A stretch of 60,406 nucleotides of DNA, counting the filler. It is 6 parts of 6 records of this genome, joined end to end, with 100 filler letters (N's around TTAATTAATTAA, not from the genome) between each part and the next. Parts side by side here need not be neighbours in the genome. Positions count along the whole stretch, not along the records: positions 8,307 to 26,963 come from DRR723986_14255; 5 more parts are not named here. The stretch is one strand, 5' to 3'. The position numbers and the translations under genes were made by a program. The first letter of the stretch is position 1, and every line of letters begins with the position of its first letter. The notes beneath the pieces are model-generated. The model made no database searches, was not told the DNA's origin, and was given only the letters and a program-made list of their open reading frames with translations. This document shows positions 8,307 through 19,770 of the stretch, piece by piece.

Positions 8307-8340
8307 CCCCCTTAGTCCCCCTCCAAAGGGGGAAATAATA

Positions 8341-10743
8341 TTAGTTTCTTAAAATCTTCCCTTTAGTAACAATACTTTGAATTCTCTCTAATGTCTTTTT
8401 CTTAGTACATAAATCCAAGAAGGCCTTACGCTCTAAATCCAATAAGAATTGTTCATCCACTTGACTTGGCTCTGATAAATCACCTCCTGCTAAAACAAAG
8501 CCTAATTTCTCAGAAATGTATGCATCATGTTCTGAGATGTATTTACCATGCTCCATTGAATCTGCTCCAACATAAACGATACCCAAAGCTTCATTTCCAA
8601 GCACAGTGATATCTTTTGCCATCACTGGTTGTGTATACCCTGCATTGTATAAAGAAAGTGCCGCTTCTTTGGCTCTTGTTAATTGATAATCTCTATCAAC
8701 AACTACTTCGTCAATTCCTTTTCTTAAGTATCCTAAATCAAATGCTTCATATGCAGATGTTGAAACTTGCGCTTGTCCAATGGTTAAGAATGAATCTCTG
8801 AATCTGTTGATTCTTACATCTCCTTCACTTAAATTATCAGATAGTCTTTTCGCGAACTCTTTGGTTCCGCCTCCACCAGGGATAAGACCTACTCCAAACT
8901 CAACTAATCCCATATAAAGTTCAGCATGAGCTACAACTTTATCCGCATGCATTGACATCTCACATCCACCACCTAAGGCCATGTTGTGAGGTGCAACGAT
9001 TACTGGACATGATGAATAGCGAATTCTCATCATGGTATCTTGGAATTGCTTAATTGCAAAATTCAACTCATCATACTCTTGCTCTACAGCCATCATGAAA
9101 ATTAATCCCACATTGGCACCAGCAGAGAAGTTCTGACCGTTATTTGAAATCACCAATCCTTTGTATTCAGTCTCGGCTAAATCAATTCCTTTTTGGATTC
9201 CAGCTAATACGCCTCCTCCGATTGTATTCATCTTCGTATGGAATTCTAAATTCAAGATACCGTCTCCTAAATCAATTAAGTGACAATCTGTGTTTTGCCA
9301 TACCGTCTTAGATTCTCTTAAGTTATCAATGAATAATAGATCTTCAGTTCCAGGAATTACTTTGTACTCACCAGAATTTTGATCGTAATATTTCTTTTGT
9401 CCATTCTCTAGTTTGTAAAAAGATGTAATGCCTTTAGCAACCATATCAGTAATCCAAGCAGCTGGAGTTTTCCCTTGCTCTTTCATGATCGCAATTGCCT
9501 TTTCAACTCCAACAACATCCCAAGTTTCAAATGGACCAAGTTCCCAACCGAATCCTGCTTTTAGGGCATCATCCACTTTGTAAACTTCATCTGAAATTTC
9601 AGGAATTCTGTGCGATACATAAGAAAACAAACCAGAAAATAACTTCTTGAAGAAATCTCCCGCTTTATCTTTTGAATTATAAAGCATTCTTGTTCTTTCT
9701 GCTAAATCTTCAACTGCTTTTGTAGCAGCAAGAATTGGGAAATCAGCTCTTTGTTTTGAGCGATACTCCAGTGTTTTCAAATCAAGTGTTAGGATTTCTT
9801 TTTTACCATCAACTTTAGTTTTCTTGTAGAATCCTTGTTGAGTTTTAGAACCTAACCAATTATTCTCTACCATTTTCGCTACATAAGAAGGCAACTTAAA
9901 TGATTCTCTCTCTTCATCTTCAGGACAGTTTTCAGTTAAACCATTTGCAACGTGAACCAAAGTGTCCAACCCAACAACATCACACGTTCTGAAAGTTGCC
10001 GATTTTGGTCTACCCAATACCGGACCAGTAAGTTTATCAACTTCTTCAACTGTCAAATCCATTTCTTCAACTGCATGGAACAACGACATGATTGAATAAA
10101 CTCCAACTCTATTCGCAATGAACGCAGGAGTATCTTTACATAATACCGTCTTCTTCCCTAAAAATCTTGCGCCATACTTCATGAAGAAATCTGTTACTGC
10201 AGGATCTGTTTTAGGTGTAGGAATAACCTCCAACAACTTCAAATATCTTGGTGGATTAAAGAAATGCGTTCCACAAAAATGCTTTTGAAAATCTTCAGAT
10301 CTACCTTCTAACATCATGTGAATTGGAATACCAGAAGTATTAGAAGAAACTAGTGTCCCTGGTTTTCTATGCTCATCCACTTGATCAAATATGATTTTTT
10401 TAATATCTAATCGTTCAACAACAACCTCAATTACCCAATCACATGAAGCAATGTCTTTCATGTTGTCATCAAAGTTTCCAGTTGTTATTCTTGATGCAAA
10501 AGATTTTTTATAGATTGGTGAAGGCTTAGATTTCAAAGAAGCTGTTAAGAAATCATTTACTAATCTATTTCTTACAGCTTTATCTTCAAGTGTTAAACCC
10601 TTAGCTTTTTCCTTATCGTTCAATTCTCTTGGAACCATATCCAAAAGCAAAACTTCGCATCCAATATTTGCTAAATGACAAGCAATTCCAGACCCCATGA
10701 TACCGGATCCTAAAACTGCTACTTTTTTAATGTTTCTTTTCAT
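8341..10743 (-). CDS. fadN: 3-hydroxyacyl-CoA dehydrogenase/enoyl-CoA hydratase (FadN-type)
   Basis: GSGIMG Rossmann motif, SNTSG, THFFNP, C-terminal crotonase ALGGGCE...VEFGVGLIPGGGG. Confidence 0.92.
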   Translation of the reverse strand: MKRNIKKVAVLGSGIMGSGIACHLANIGCEVLLLDMVPRELNDKEKAKGLTLEDKAVRNRLVNDFLTASLKSKPSPIYKKSFASRITTGNFDDNMKDIASCDWVIEVVVERLDIKKIIFDQVDEHRKPGTLVSSNTSGIPIHMMLEGRSEDFQKHFCGTHFFNPPRYLKLLEVIPTPKTDPAVTDFFMKYGARFLGKKTVLCKDTPAFIANRVGVYSIMSLFHAVEEMDLTVEEVDKLTGPVLGRPKSATFRTCDVVGLDTLVHVANGLTENCPEDEERESFKLPSYVAKMVENNWLGSKTQQGFYKKTKVDGKKEILTLDLKTLEYRSKQRADFPILAATKAVEDLAERTRMLYNSKDKAGDFFKKLFSGLFSYVSHRIPEISDEVYKVDDALKAGFGWELGPFETWDVVGVEKAIAIMKEQGKTPAAWITDMVAKGITSFYKLENGQKKYYDQNSGEYKVIPGTEDLLFIDNLRESKTVWQNTDCHLIDLGDGILNLEFHTKMNTIGGGVLAGIQKGIDLAETEYKGLVISNNGQNFSAGANVGLIFMMAVEQEYDELNFAIKQFQDTMMRIRYSSCPVIVAPHNMALGGGCEMSMHADKVVAHAELYMGLVEFGVGLIPGGGGTKEFAKRLSDNLSEGDVRINRFRDSFLTIGQAQVSTSAYEAFDLGYLRKGIDEVVVDRDYQLTRAKEAALSLYNAGYTQPVMAKDITVLGNEALGIVYVGADSMEHGKYISEHDAYISEKLGFVLAGGDLSEPSQVDEQFLLDLERKAFLDLCTKKKTLERIQSIVTKGKILRN

Positions 10744-10747
10744 TTAC

Positions 10748-11185
10748 TTATTTGTTTTCTTCTAATAAATCTGTTAAAAATTCATCTACCTTCTCCATCA
10801 CTTCAAAGAATGCTTTGACTTTAGTCTTTGGCAATCTAGAATACAATTCTTCATTGAAATCAAGAACTACTTTTTTTGCCATTGCTCTTTTCTCCACCCC
10901 TTCTTCTGTAAGATACACTAAGGATTTTCTTTTATCAACACTGTCAGCCTCACGATAAATCAAACCTTTCTCTTCCATGTTTTTCAACGTTCTTGAAAGG
11001 CTAGTTGGCTCCATTCCCATTTTAGGACCAAGTGATGTGCTTGGTGTCCCATCTTTCTCAACATTGAGTAGAATGAACCCCCAAGAAAAAGACATATCAT
11101 ACTTAGAAGCCATTTGGTTGTAATACCGTGATATCTTAAACCAATTATTTCTGACGTGAAATTCGAAAAGCTGTTCTTTATTCAT
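10748..11185 (-). CDS. MarR family transcriptional regulator
   Basis: TSLSRTLKNMEEKGLIYR...DKRKSLVYLT; ATG at 11185 preferred. Confidence 0.9.
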   Translation of the reverse strand: MNKEQLFEFHVRNNWFKISRYYNQMASKYDMSFSWGFILLNVEKDGTPSTSLGPKMGMEPTSLSRTLKNMEEKGLIYREADSVDKRKSLVYLTEEGVEKRAMAKKVVLDFNEELYSRLPKTKVKAFFEVMEKVDEFLTDLLEENK

Positions 11186-11206
11186 TACAAAATTATATCT
11201 TAGTAA

Positions 11207-11239
11207 CAAAGATAAATAAAATTTCTTATGCGCGCATAA
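11207..11239 (-). promoter_or_regulatory. Bacteroidota -7 promoter element (TATCTTTG) and palindromic operator TTATGCGCGCATAA
   Basis: TAnnTTTG match at 11214-11207; perfect 14-bp palindrome at 11226-11239 upstream of marR-fadN. Confidence 0.65.
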
Positions 11240-11617
11240 TTTTATATATTTTTTTTCCCAACCCAAAAACAGTCTTCAATTTTTTCTTTATTTTCTATTT
11301 GGCATTAGAGTTCACACCCTTGCATGAGCAACAGATTCACTTCGTTTTCTCAAGAAAATAAAGTTAATCCCTATTATTTTTCACATAAAAATCATGGAAT
11401 TATTAATCTATTAAGTCAACAGATTATGTAGTGTTAACCAAAATAATGACTGAAAACTCAACCTTTTTTTATGTTTACTCGTCTAAACTGTTAACAACTT
11501 AATCGTTAAAATAGCAACATTCACTACCGTATGTTGGCTGGATTTTTTAGATTTGGACGTTAATTGAATAAACTACCTACTGAAGAAATGACTATTTCTC
11601 GCATTAAAAGTTATTTG

Positions 11618-14600
11618 ATGAGCACAAAGTTGAAACAAACTTTATGCCTCACTATTTTGTTTTTAGGCCTTACCTTCAACGCTAACGCCCAACAAGACGT
11701 ATTGTTTTATTTTGCTGCACCGGATGTTTCTAGTGCTGAAGGTGATACCCCTATCAACTTGAAACTGTTGTCTTATAGCTCTCCGGCAACTGTAACAATC
11801 AGTCAGCCTGCTAATGGTGCATTTACTCCAATAGTTGTAAACCTAGCTGCGAACTCTGTATCTAACGTAAATTTGACTCCTTTTTTAGCTGATGTGGAAA
11901 GTCCAGCCGCGAATACGGTTGCCAACAATGGGTTAAAAATTGTCTCTACTTCAGAAATCACGGCTTATTATGAGTTAACCAACGGGTCAAACAAGGAAAT
12001 ATTTTCTCTTAAGGGTCAAAAAGCACTTGGAACCGATTTTTATACTCCGTTTCAAAAAAACTGGAATAATGCAGTTACTGCACCAGCTTCTTTTTCTTCA
12101 TTTGAAATAGTAGCAAGTGTAAATAACACAACGGTGGCAATTACACCAACTACAGCAATTACTGGTCATGCTGCTAATGTTACTTTCACAGTTGTCCTCA
12201 ATGAAGGAGAAACTTACAGCGCAAGAGATATGAATGTGACGGCAGCTTCAACGCTAGCGGGATCAATTGTTTCTGCCAATCAACCAGTAGCCGTTACAGT
12301 TTTCTCGGGAGCACTATCAAATTCTGGATGTACATCCACTATGGGAGATCAAATTACACCGAGCGACTTTCTTGGAACAGACTTTATCATTCAAAAAGGA
12401 AATTCGAATGACGACAAAGTTTACATTTTGGGAACACAAAACAATACAGCAATTACCATAACTAATTCAGGGGTTACGAACGCCAATATTAGTTGGAGTG
12501 AAACATATGAATATGATTTAAATGATGGCTTGAACTATATTCAAACCTCGAAACCTGTTTACATCTTGCATACTTCTGGAAATGGGTGCAATTTGTCTGG
12601 TGCACAAGTCCCTAATGTATACTGTGCAGGAAAATATGATCAGGCGTTTTCTCGTGGTTCAAGTGATTCTTTGGGTCTTCTTGTATATATCAGAGCCGGA
12701 TTTGAGAATCAATTCACGATAAATGGAAATGCATCTCTTCTAACAGCGGGTGATTTTACAGTTGTTCCAGGAACTGGAGGTGAATTCGTCTCAACTCTAA
12801 AATACTTTAATACCACAGATATTCCAGTCAATAGTTATAATGAAATATCGAATGCTGGAGACATTTTTGGTTTAGCGATAATGAATGGATCTAATGGAAA
12901 TGGTTCGGGATATGCGTATTTATCCGAATTCATCTCCTATCCATCTATTGACGCCGGTTTAGATGCAACAGTTTGTGCAAACATGCCTTTTCCAATTTCA
13001 GGATATATCGGCGGTGGTGATGTGACAGCGAATTGGAGTGGCACAGGATTCGGTTCATTCTCACAATCCACTTCAACATTAGTTAACACATATATTCCAA
13101 GTAACCTGGATAGTATCATTAGCCCAATTGAATTAATCCTTACCTCTACTGGTCCATGTCCTCAAATAAAAGATACCCTATTGCTCACGGTTACGCCAGC
13201 ACCAATGGTTAATGCAGGTCCAAATCAAGTAGTTTGCGGGAATAACGCTAATGTAAATTTAGCAGGTACTGTAACTGGTGGAGCCACCACTGGAGTTTGG
13301 ACAAGCCCGAACGGAACTGGTGCATTTTCGCCATCAGCAACTAATTTGAATGCTGTTTATATTCCTTCTAATGCAGACACAGCTTTAGGTCAAATTTCTC
13401 TTGTACTTACTTCAACTGGACCTGCTTCATGCAATGATGTAACTGATACTATGGTAGTGACAATTACAGATGCTCCAGTTGCTACTATCAGTCAGGATAC
13501 AATTTATGTCTGTGCAAACAACCCAAGTTTTGCACTATCAGGAACGGTGTATGGAGCTACCACAACAGGAAAGTGGACAACAACAGGAAATGGTATTTTT
13601 TCTCCCGACAACCTTACTTTAAATTGTAATTATTCTCCAAGTCCTACTGATGTAAACGGTGGATCAATAAAAATCTATCTGACAAGCACGGGTAATGGAA
13701 ATTGCTCTGCGGTAAAGGACAGTGTGGTAATTATATTTACTGCTGCTCCTACAGTTAATGCAGGGCCAAATTTATTTGCATGTACGAATGAAGCGGAAGT
13801 TAATTTAGCTGGGGTTATTTCTGGACCAACAACAACTGGACAGTGGTCTGGTGGTGCCGGAAACTATAATGCGGACAATTTTGATTTGAATGCACTCTAT
13901 ACCCCTACTGCTGGTGAAATTTCTTCAGGAAGCATGACTTTAACATTGACCTCAACTAATAATGGCACCTGTAATGCTGTTTCAGATCAGGTGACTATAA
14001 ATTTTGTAGCGCCACCTTTCGCCAATTTTAACTTTAACAATGCCTGCCTGAATGATACGGTCTATTTCAACGACTTTTCATTAAATGGATTTGGAAATAT
14101 CGTAAGTTGGAATTATGATTTTGGAGATGCAAACACGGATAATGCCCCTGATACTTATCACCTTTATTCAAATAGCGGGCAATACAATGCACAATTGATA
14201 ATTGAGAGTGACGCAGGTTGTTTTGACACTACTACCAAATTGATAAACGTGCATGAATTACCTGTAGCCGACTTTAACTATACATCTACTTGCCTTAATG
14301 AGAATATTGTCATTGATTTTACAGATGCCTCGACAATTGGAATCGGAACTATCAATTATTGGTTTTATGATTTTGGCGGACAAGGAAGTCAAGCAACACA
14401 AAATCCATCAAATCTATTTACAGGTGAGGGTAATTTCATTATCACTCAAATTGTCTCAACAACTAACGGCTGCTCGGACACCACTTCACAAGTAATAACA
14501 ATACCTCCTAGCCCTAACGCGGGATTCTTCTATAACACCTCAAATGGATTGAATGTAGGGGCCGAATTTGAATTCATTGACACTTCTGATTATGCTGCAT

Positions 14601-15040
14601 CTTGGTATTGGGAACTTGGAAACGGTTCAACTTCTACCGACCAAGACCCTACAACGGTATACTTTGAAAATGGACAGTACGTTGTAACGCTCTATGCAAC
14701 TGGTCCACTTGGCTGTGTTGATAGCGTAACTAAGACAATTACAATTAATACGGTAACCACTGAGATCAATCAATTGATTCCTAATGCAATTTCACCAAAT
14801 GGTGATGGCAAAAATGATGTATGGAAATTAGAATTTGTTGATTTAGTGAACCCAGAGGCGGAAATTGTAATTGTAAATCGCTGGGGACAAACAGTTTTCC
14901 AATCAACTGGATACTCAACTCCATGGGACGGAACATTTAATGGAGAATTAGTACCTGAAGGAAACTACTACTACATTATTAAGCTAAGTGAAGAAGAAAT
15001 TTTCAAAGGAGCTTTATTAGTATTAATTACGAGTAACTAG
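11618..15040 (+). CDS. T9SS type B cargo: IgGFc-binding-like N-domain, four Cys-containing Ig-like repeats, three PKD domains, gliding-motility-associated CTD
   Basis: Signal peptide ending ANA-Q; ALGTDFYTPF; W.FG PKD motifs; CTD IPNAISPNGDGKND...NRWG...WDG...GNYYY. Confidence 0.88.
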   Translation: MSTKLKQTLCLTILFLGLTFNANAQQDVLFYFAAPDVSSAEGDTPINLKLLSYSSPATVTISQPANGAFTPIVVNLAANSVSNVNLTPFLADVESPAANTVANNGLKIVSTSEITAYYELTNGSNKEIFSLKGQKALGTDFYTPFQKNWNNAVTAPASFSSFEIVASVNNTTVAITPTTAITGHAANVTFTVVLNEGETYSARDMNVTAASTLAGSIVSANQPVAVTVFSGALSNSGCTSTMGDQITPSDFLGTDFIIQKGNSNDDKVYILGTQNNTAITITNSGVTNANISWSETYEYDLNDGLNYIQTSKPVYILHTSGNGCNLSGAQVPNVYCAGKYDQAFSRGSSDSLGLLVYIRAGFENQFTINGNASLLTAGDFTVVPGTGGEFVSTLKYFNTTDIPVNSYNEISNAGDIFGLAIMNGSNGNGSGYAYLSEFISYPSIDAGLDATVCANMPFPISGYIGGGDVTANWSGTGFGSFSQSTSTLVNTYIPSNLDSIISPIELILTSTGPCPQIKDTLLLTVTPAPMVNAGPNQVVCGNNANVNLAGTVTGGATTGVWTSPNGTGAFSPSATNLNAVYIPSNADTALGQISLVLTSTGPASCNDVTDTMVVTITDAPVATISQDTIYVCANNPSFALSGTVYGATTTGKWTTTGNGIFSPDNLTLNCNYSPSPTDVNGGSIKIYLTSTGNGNCSAVKDSVVIIFTAAPTVNAGPNLFACTNEAEVNLAGVISGPTTTGQWSGGAGNYNADNFDLNALYTPTAGEISSGSMTLTLTSTNNGTCNAVSDQVTINFVAPPFANFNFNNACLNDTVYFNDFSLNGFGNIVSWNYDFGDANTDNAPDTYHLYSNSGQYNAQLIIESDAGCFDTTTKLINVHELPVADFNYTSTCLNENIVIDFTDASTIGIGTINYWFYDFGGQGSQATQNPSNLFTGEGNFIITQIVSTTNGCSDTTSQVITIPPSPNAGFFYNTSNGLNVGAEFEFIDTSDYAASWYWELGNGSTSTDQDPTTVYFENGQYVVTLYATGPLGCVDSVTKTITINTVTTEINQLIPNAISPNGDGKNDVWKLEFVDLVNPEAEIVIVNRWGQTVFQSTGYSTPWDGTFNGELVPEGNYYYIIKLSEEEIFKGALLVLITSN

Positions 15041-15042
15041 AA

Positions 15043-16053
15043 ATGAAGAGATTATTACTTATCATATTGGTATTAAGTGCTTCCCTATCAGAGGCTCAAC
15101 AGCAGTTTGTCTTTACAAACTTCATGATGAATGATTACTATTTCAATCCGGCTGTTGCAGGATCAAAAGATGTCCATTATGCCAATGTTGGATTTAGAAA
15201 TCAATGGGCAGGATTTGAAGGAGCACCTCTTACAATGTATGCCAATTTCTATGGATCTGCAAAAAATCAAATGAAGCACGGTTATGGAGCATCTATAATT
15301 GCTGACCGTTCTGGTCTTGTCCAAAACACTGGTTTCTACTTGAATTATGCTTATCATATTAAAGTGAGTGAAAAATTTAAATTAGGATTAGGAATTAAGC
15401 CGGGATATATGCAGTACAATGTGAAATTGTATGATGCGCAATTAGCTGATCCGGGTGATGATATTTTAACAGGAAATGTTTTATCCATAAACGCATTCGA
15501 TTTTAACGCTGGTTTGAACTTTTATTCGAAAGAATTCTTCTTGATGCTATCCATGAGGAACCTATTTACGGATGTCTTCAATTTCACTTCGTTTAACGCA
15601 GGTCTAGCCCGCCATTATACCTTAATCTCTGGTTACAAATGGTTAGTCAACAAGAAAAAACAACCTCAAAAGGATGAAGACGGAAACGTCATAAAGAGAA
15701 AAAAAGATTTTGAGTTGATGCCAGCAGTAATGGCCAATTTCGTAAACCCAATTGAACCTCAAGTAAGCGTCATGTTAAAAGCCACAGTTGACAACAAATA
15801 TTGGGCTGGTCTTACCTTTAGATCTCAAGATGCAGTGGGCGTTTCATTAGGCCTTAAAATTAAAAATAGATGGGATATAGGCTACGCCTTTGATTACTCA
15901 TTAGGAAAAATAAAAGACTACAACTTCGGTTCACATGAGATCGTACTTACTTTCCAAACTACATCCAAGAAACCTACATTAGAAGAGCAGGATGAGGAAC
16001 TGAATAATAGCATTTTTGACGACAATAAAAAGAAGAATAAGAAGGAAGAATAA
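15043..16053 (+). CDS. PorP/SprF family T9SS membrane protein
   Basis: QQFVFTNFMMN.YYFNPAVAG, RNQWAGFEGAP, GYAFD...GSHEI. Confidence 0.92.
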   Translation: MKRLLLIILVLSASLSEAQQQFVFTNFMMNDYYFNPAVAGSKDVHYANVGFRNQWAGFEGAPLTMYANFYGSAKNQMKHGYGASIIADRSGLVQNTGFYLNYAYHIKVSEKFKLGLGIKPGYMQYNVKLYDAQLADPGDDILTGNVLSINAFDFNAGLNFYSKEFFLMLSMRNLFTDVFNFTSFNAGLARHYTLISGYKWLVNKKKQPQKDEDGNVIKRKKDFELMPAVMANFVNPIEPQVSVMLKATVDNKYWAGLTFRSQDAVGVSLGLKIKNRWDIGYAFDYSLGKIKDYNFGSHEIVLTFQTTSKKPTLEEQDEELNNSIFDDNKKKNKKEE

Positions 16054-16071
16054 TTCATTAAAACTGAGATT

Positions 16072-19000
16072 ATGAAGTGGATAAAATTATTGATACTTAC
16101 TTTTGGTGTTTGGCTGACGATCGGTACTCAAGAAGCAAAAGCTCAGGTGGATACAACTTTTTGGTTTGCTGCACCATGGGTAACTCCAAATCACGCAGGG
16201 AATACGCCTATGGCATTCTTATTCTCTACTTTTGGAAATACAACAACCATTCGATTAAGACAACCTGCTGCAACTTTTGATACCACCTTTGTTGTAGCCC
16301 CTAATAGCCTTTTCTCAAAAGACATGTCGCACATGTTAAATGCATTGGAAACCAAACCAGCTGATATGGTGCTGACCTCTGGATTTGAGATTACTTCCGA
16401 TTTCCCAATAATTGTCGTTTATGATTTCTTATCAACAGCCAACAACCCAGAAACTTATTCACTTAAAGGACTGAACGGAGTTGGATATGAATTTGTGACA
16501 CCGTTTCAAACAAAATGGAACAGTCAAAATATTTCAGGTATAGATCCGAAACAACAGATAAACATTGTGGCAACTGAAGATAACACAACTATTTATATTA
16601 CGCCAGCATGTGATGTTGTAGGCCATCAAGCAGGGATAACCTATTCGGTATTTTTACCTTTTGCTGGATGCTCATATACTGTTGAAAATATTGTATTGAA
16701 CACAAATGTTCCAGGCAATAATTTAGCTGGAAGTATTGTGACCTCTGATAAAAAAATTGCCGTCACATGTTCTGATGATTCGGTGCGATCCAGTGGAGGT
16801 GGGTGCTATGACCTCATGGGGGATCAAATAGTCCCCGTTGATGTGATAGGAACAGACTATGTAGTCTCGAAAGGATTCCTGGTCCCCGCAGGTGATGAAT
16901 CCTTTTTTGCAGTAGCTACAGAGAATTTTACCACAATCACAATAGATGACGGCGTAACTGTTACCACTCAAATAATCAATCAAGGGGAGACCTATGCGCA
17001 TTCGGTCCTAGAACCCCTCACCTACGTCTCCTCCGATAAAAACATTTATTTATTACACGCCACTGGCTATGGTTGCGAAATGGGTGAAGCTTTACTCCCA
17101 CCGTTAAACTGTGCGGGTTCTGAACAAGTTAGTTTTACAAGAAATAAAGCGCAACCATTCTTCTTAACATTGGTTTGTCCGGCAGGAGCCGAATTTAATT
17201 TTACACTAAACGGTTCAACTACTATTATCGATCCCTTAGATTTTGACCCTGTTCCCGGAACAGGAGGCGCTTTTGTGGGAGATACGATTGAATTTAGCAC
17301 TGGTCAAATTGGTGTAGGATCGAGTAACTTAATTTCCAATTCAACTGACTTCTTCTCAATGGGGGTATTTAACGGTGGTGCAACAGGTGGTGTATTGTAT
17401 CACTATCTTTCTTCATTCTTGAGGAGAGTAGTTGTGGATGCAGGTGTCGATACCACCTTATGTAATGCAGAAACCACTGTAAATTTGAATGGTAGCGTTT
17501 CTGGAGGTGCCACTTCAGGAGTATGGTCTGTGTTAGATGGATCAGGAACTCTGAATTCTCCGACCAATTTAACCACAACCTACACCCCTGTTCAAAGTGA
17601 CTATGATCAAGGATTTCTAACTTTTGTATTACAATCAACTGGAAACTGTGACCCAAGATATGACACTATGAAAGTTTCATTCATTCAATCACCATTAGTA
17701 GATGCAGGATTAGATGACATTTATTGTAAAAATAATGTAGGCGCTATTCCTATTAGTGGAACAGTTCAATTTGCCGTAGGATCTTTATGGACCGGAGGCT
17801 TTGGTGGATCAATTGCCAATGCCGCAAATACAACAACTACTTATACACCAGGACCAACAGATTTAGCAAACGATAGTGTAGCCTTATATCTTACGTCTGA
17901 TGGTAGCTTTTTTGCATGCCCAGATGATGAGGATACTATTGTCATCTACTTTACAGATCCACCAAGTGTAACTGCAGGGCCTGACATTGTAACTTGTGGT
18001 AGTGATCCTGATGTGGCTATTTCAGGATTGGTTTCTGGACCTACAACAACTGGCGAATGGTCTACTTCAGGTTCAGGTGCTTTCTCACCTTCTGAATTCA
18101 ACCTTGCTAATGATTATTTAATCTCCTCGGCCGATACTGCAAATGGATCCGTCACATTGATATTAACTTCAACCAATAATGGCAATTGTCTTGCTGTACA
18201 AGATAGCTTGCAAATTACCATCCTTGATCAACCAACAGTTAATATTCTTACATCTGATTCTATTTGTGCAAACGTTTCTACCATTAACTTGGATGGTTTC
18301 GTTACTTCTGGATATTCACTTACATGGAATGTTGATGGTGTTGGAGGTATAGCAGATCCAAACTCAGCAAACACCACTTATACTATCAACCCTGCTGATA
18401 CCATTGGTGGAACTATAGATATTTTCCTACAAACTAATGGAGGTATTTGTCCAGTTGAAGAAGATTCTTTAACAATAACTTTCGTTGCTCCTCCCGTTGT
18501 ATTTGCCGGAATTGATCAGCAATATTGTGATAATGAACCTGTTCCTTTAAACGGAACTCTAGCTGGAACTGCTAATAGTGCCTCTTGGACGTCATTAGGG
18601 ACTGGATCATTCAACCCTTCAAACAACTTATTGACAACTTTTTACTTCCCTTCACAGAACGATATTTCTAACGGATCAGTTCAATTGATTTTGACTTCAT
18701 CAGCAGATTTCGGTTGTAATGCCGATAAAGACACAGTGTTAATCACTTATAAAGCGGCACCTACTGCGGACTTCACAAACTCCTCAGTTTGTCTTGGAGA
18801 AAACACGACATTCACTGATTTATCAACAACACCAACCGGCTCAATTAACAGCTGGCAATATGACTTCGGTGATACAGGAACTTCAATAGCGAATAATCCA
18901 ATTCATACCTATAACAGTTCAGGTAACTTCATTGTTACTTTGATTGCTGGATCAGACAACGGTTGCTTTGACACCACCTTTAGATATATTTCTGTAAACC

Positions 19001-19767
19001 CTGTCCCGATAGCAATATTTAACAATAATTACGCTTGTGAGAATGAAGTTGTATATTTTACAGAAACTTCCTTCTTGGCTTCAGGAAACATAGTGTCATG
19101 GAATTGGGACTTTAATAATGGAGCTGGTTCTAGTACAATTCCTAACCCGATATTTACTTTCGGAGCTGCAGGCAATTATCCCGTTACTTTAGAAGTAACT
19201 TCAGATTCGAATTGTGTTGGAACGATTACAAATGACGTGACGGTATTGGCGGGCCCTACAGCCGACTTTAACATCAACCCTAACCCAGCGCTAGCACTTG
19301 AGGATGTTAACTTTATCGATCAATCTTCAGGAGGTCCATTCACTGCATGGTATTGGGATTTTGGTGATGGAATCGGTGGACAAGATCAAAACGAAGTTCA
19401 CCAATATGCGAATGGAGGGTTCTATGATGTGATTTTAATTGTAACAGATTCAGCAGGATGTCAAGACTCGACTCTTAAAAGTGTGGAAGTAGCGTTGCTA
19501 CCAGTACTTCCTACTGCCTTTACTCCTAATGGTGACGGTGAAAATGATGAATTTATAATAAGAGGTGGGCCATTCTTGGCGGCTGACTTTAAAATTTACA
19601 ATAACTGGGGACAGCTTATATTCAGTACAGATGACGCAAATGTTGGATGGGATGGAACCTACCAAGGTTCAGATGCTCCTGTAGGAGTATATACCTGGAC
19701 ATTCAGTGTTGTCATAGTCGGAGATCGAACAATAACTAAAGAGGGAGATGTTACTCTCATGAGGTAA
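16072..19767 (+). CDS. Second T9SS type B cargo (paralog): IgGFc-binding-like domain, five Ig-like repeats, three PKD domains, CTD
   Basis: Same architecture; DTTFWFAAP; CTD LPTAFTPNGDGEND...NNWG...WDG...GVYTW. Confidence 0.88.
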   Translation: MKWIKLLILTFGVWLTIGTQEAKAQVDTTFWFAAPWVTPNHAGNTPMAFLFSTFGNTTTIRLRQPAATFDTTFVVAPNSLFSKDMSHMLNALETKPADMVLTSGFEITSDFPIIVVYDFLSTANNPETYSLKGLNGVGYEFVTPFQTKWNSQNISGIDPKQQINIVATEDNTTIYITPACDVVGHQAGITYSVFLPFAGCSYTVENIVLNTNVPGNNLAGSIVTSDKKIAVTCSDDSVRSSGGGCYDLMGDQIVPVDVIGTDYVVSKGFLVPAGDESFFAVATENFTTITIDDGVTVTTQIINQGETYAHSVLEPLTYVSSDKNIYLLHATGYGCEMGEALLPPLNCAGSEQVSFTRNKAQPFFLTLVCPAGAEFNFTLNGSTTIIDPLDFDPVPGTGGAFVGDTIEFSTGQIGVGSSNLISNSTDFFSMGVFNGGATGGVLYHYLSSFLRRVVVDAGVDTTLCNAETTVNLNGSVSGGATSGVWSVLDGSGTLNSPTNLTTTYTPVQSDYDQGFLTFVLQSTGNCDPRYDTMKVSFIQSPLVDAGLDDIYCKNNVGAIPISGTVQFAVGSLWTGGFGGSIANAANTTTTYTPGPTDLANDSVALYLTSDGSFFACPDDEDTIVIYFTDPPSVTAGPDIVTCGSDPDVAISGLVSGPTTTGEWSTSGSGAFSPSEFNLANDYLISSADTANGSVTLILTSTNNGNCLAVQDSLQITILDQPTVNILTSDSICANVSTINLDGFVTSGYSLTWNVDGVGGIADPNSANTTYTINPADTIGGTIDIFLQTNGGICPVEEDSLTITFVAPPVVFAGIDQQYCDNEPVPLNGTLAGTANSASWTSLGTGSFNPSNNLLTTFYFPSQNDISNGSVQLILTSSADFGCNADKDTVLITYKAAPTADFTNSSVCLGENTTFTDLSTTPTGSINSWQYDFGDTGTSIANNPIHTYNSSGNFIVTLIAGSDNGCFDTTFRYISVNPVPIAIFNNNYACENEVVYFTETSFLASGNIVSWNWDFNNGAGSSTIPNPIFTFGAAGNYPVTLEVTSDSNCVGTITNDVTVLAGPTADFNINPNPALALEDVNFIDQSSGGPFTAWYWDFGDGIGGQDQNEVHQYANGGFYDVILIVTDSAGCQDSTLKSVEVALLPVLPTAFTPNGDGENDEFIIRGGPFLAADFKIYNNWGQLIFSTDDANVGWDGTYQGSDAPVGVYTWTFSVVIVGDRTITKEGDVTLMR

Positions 19768-19770
19768 TAA

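Noticed and set aside
8307-8335. CCCCCTTAGTCCCCCTCCAAAGGGGGAA hairpin at the contig start
   Set aside because: Could be a terminator or REP-like element but is truncated by the linker, so it cannot be classified.
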